A program made the position numbers and the translations under genes. A stretch of 64,000 nt of DNA from Takakia lepidozioides (Eukaryota; Plantae; Bryophyta), in the NCBI GenBank assembly GCA_030704615.1, contig CM060731.1:86614001-86678000 (forward strand). Direction: 5' to 3'. This document shows, piece after piece, positions 61,756 to 64,000 of this stretch. A model generated the notes under the pieces. That model searched no databases. It saw only the letters and a list, made by a program, of their open reading frames with translations, and had not been told where the DNA came from. How positions within the stretch are numbered: position 1 is the first letter of the stretch; each line of letters opens with the position of its first letter.

Positions 61756-64000
61756 TGTTAGAGGGCTGTCTGGGACTTGGACAGTTTTACGGGTTCTGTG
61801 GGGTACCCTTAATTTTGCGCAAACTTAAGGGTAATAGACTCAGACAGACACATGCCTTAGGGGTGGCAGACAGGCTCATACAGTCAACAGTCATAAGCTT
61901 GCACAGCCCATCACAGCCTAACACAGCCTAACACAGTCTGACACAGCTCGACACAGCCTGCCACAGTCAGACACAGCCTGACACAACCAATCACAGTCCA
62001 ACATGGCCAGTCACGGCACGGCACAGTTACAGCCCGACACAGCTTGGCACAGCCCGTCACAGCGTTCACAAGGAACTGTCATCACGGGAGGGAACGACTG
62101 TGTAGGAACGACATCTGCAGAGGGAACGTGCATTCTGTCTTGGATGACAGTTAGTTGGTTAGGCGGTTAGAACAGCTTGCAGATAGAATAGGCAGGGTAG
62201 CGACATGGAGGGGGACACTTCTTGGATCATGACGAGCATCAGGGGGAGAAGCACGATCTTGAGCACAGGGATGGAGGAGAGATGATCTGTTGATGCTTGA
62301 TACATGCAAGTTGTAGAGGTGTACTGTAGGACAGAATAGAGACACCATGGCTTTGGCCTGATACATGATAGATATAAATCTGATTCATATTTCATACTCG
62401 CACTGTGTAGAGGGATCTGAGTGAAGCTCTGGAATGAATGCCTGAGTAGATGGAACATGGTAGATTGCAAAAGCAATCTGATACTTACACCTAGGTAGGC
62501 AGTAAGGTAACTTACTAAATATGAATGCAAGAAGGGACTGATAAAGGGAAGCATCCCCATGATACACTAGCTGTAGTCATGACTGATTGTTCTGATCGGG
62601 ATGAGTACTTAGAGATATCCAACTCTTCTATCTTGGAGTTTCCACCTCGGATAGCGAAGGGATGGGTGAGTAAAAGCCGCTCAACATTTGGCGACCATAC
62701 TGGGGAACTGAGTCAAGAACAACCAGATATGACAAGCAACTGGTGGGATCATGGTGGATGGAGAATCAAGGAATTTGATGTGAATCAAATTCCCTGTGAA
62801 ACTGAGAAAGAAAGTTGTCCAAACGATTTTTTCAGAGGTTCTTGGAATTGCCAGACGGTTGCAAGGAAAATATTCTCAAGAGAGTGCATGATGCTGATCC
62901 AGAGTGGGGTCTAGAAAAAGGAGTGATAAAGATTTATCAAGTGGCCTGTAAAGGGAGAGCAAGTTGGTTACCAACACTGGTTTATGTGATAGCGTTGCTA
63001 TCCATTAAACGAGTGGAGTTTGAAGGCTGGGAGGAACGGAAAGTGAATGTTTTTACTCATATGCATGAAGAGCTTGTATTGGTAAAGAATTGGATTCACA
63101 ATGATATCTTGTGGATCAAACTTACACCAAAAATAGCTTTTCAGACCTGTTTGTCATATGGGTATATGGTAACGGAACCTTCTAGCCTAGCCAAGGGTAC
63201 ATTAAAGCTTGAAAGAAATCCAGGCATATACGAGAGATACTACAGGAGAGAGTTTTGGTTATTACCTCATCAAAGACGTGAAAGATATGGGTCATGAGTG
63301 ATGAAAGGGAAGCTAGACTCCATAGATATTCAGTGAAAATGGAAAGCTATTTAAAGGCTAATTATCCGTATCTTTGGCAGAAGGGAATAGATATAGGAGA
63401 GTCATCTGGGACTCTCACACCACCAAGACCAGAAAGTTCATCACCCATACCTGAAGATTCTAATTTAGAGATCACACCTATTTATTCTTTACAAGAGAGA
63501 TTAAAAGATCTGGTGGAAGAAGAAGGTCAAGTACAAGGGGAAAGATCTGAAGGGAATCCCTGGATTAAAGATTTGACAGAAATCTTTGATCAAAGTTGGC
63601 ACTGTACACCCAGAGCAGAAACACTAGCTAACGAGAGGGAAGAGGAAGAAGAAGGCCATCAGAGAGTTTAGACACTCCAACACCACTTCAGTTAAGTTAT
63701 ATGAGTGAGGAAGAAGAAATCCAAGATGAGAACTTGGAAGATGGAAATAGAGAGAAAAACTTGGAAGACAAGGGGTATGAAGACGTAGACCCAACAGTTG
63801 AGGTTGAGACTACAACCAGGACATCCCAAACTGTTGGACCTGGATCAAATGGAATCTGGCTCTGGGGGGACAAGGAGTGTGGGAAGTCACTGCAACTGGT
63901 GCTGGGGGTACTGCAAATACAGGGGGGCCAGTAGCAGGAAGTGCTCAGGGGCCAGCACCTGGTGGGAGTTCGACCACAACCACTGCAGGTCCTCAAGGAC
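61756..64000 (+). mobile_element. Gypsy family A copy 3 (5' part)
   Basis: It starts TGTTAGAGGG, carries ACAGC repeats at 61900-62065, and has the same upstream ORF and gag N-terminus as copies 1 and 2. Confidence 0.9.

Overview
Eukaryotic DNA from a land plant with small introns; a non-seed plant is plausible but not provable from this window. Two intact host genes sit head-to-head in the middle: EMC6 (minus, 4 exons, with a U12-type intron) and WDR55 (plus, WD40). The rest is mostly nested transposons: Mutator-like (MULE) elements, hAT elements, a CACTA end, several Ty3/Gypsy pieces, a Penelope-like fragment, a probable LINE fragment, two tRNA-derived SINE-like copies and a kinesin-10 pseudogene. 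The main discovery candidate is the large MULE at about 23110-34602. It encodes a GCM-like/DDE/SWIM transposase and, divergently, a multi-exon gene with a ParB/Sulfiredoxin-fold domain (IPLCRL..VRP..SDIDKLKFSFRDGY..FYVWDGNHRLLAW), which the ORF track misses. Its non-coding DNA, including one intron of that gene, is packed with tandem arrays of the palindrome GGAAATTCGGCGCCGAATTTCC or its half-site. A diverged relative at 1-4406 has a homologous gene whose equivalent intron carries its own variant motif (GTCGGCGCCGAC/GTCGGCAACGAC). This suggests a co-evolving transposon protein-plus-cognate-site system, analogous to ParB/parS or VANDAL/VANC. Function is inferred, not shown. All assignments are from manual reading; no searches were run.
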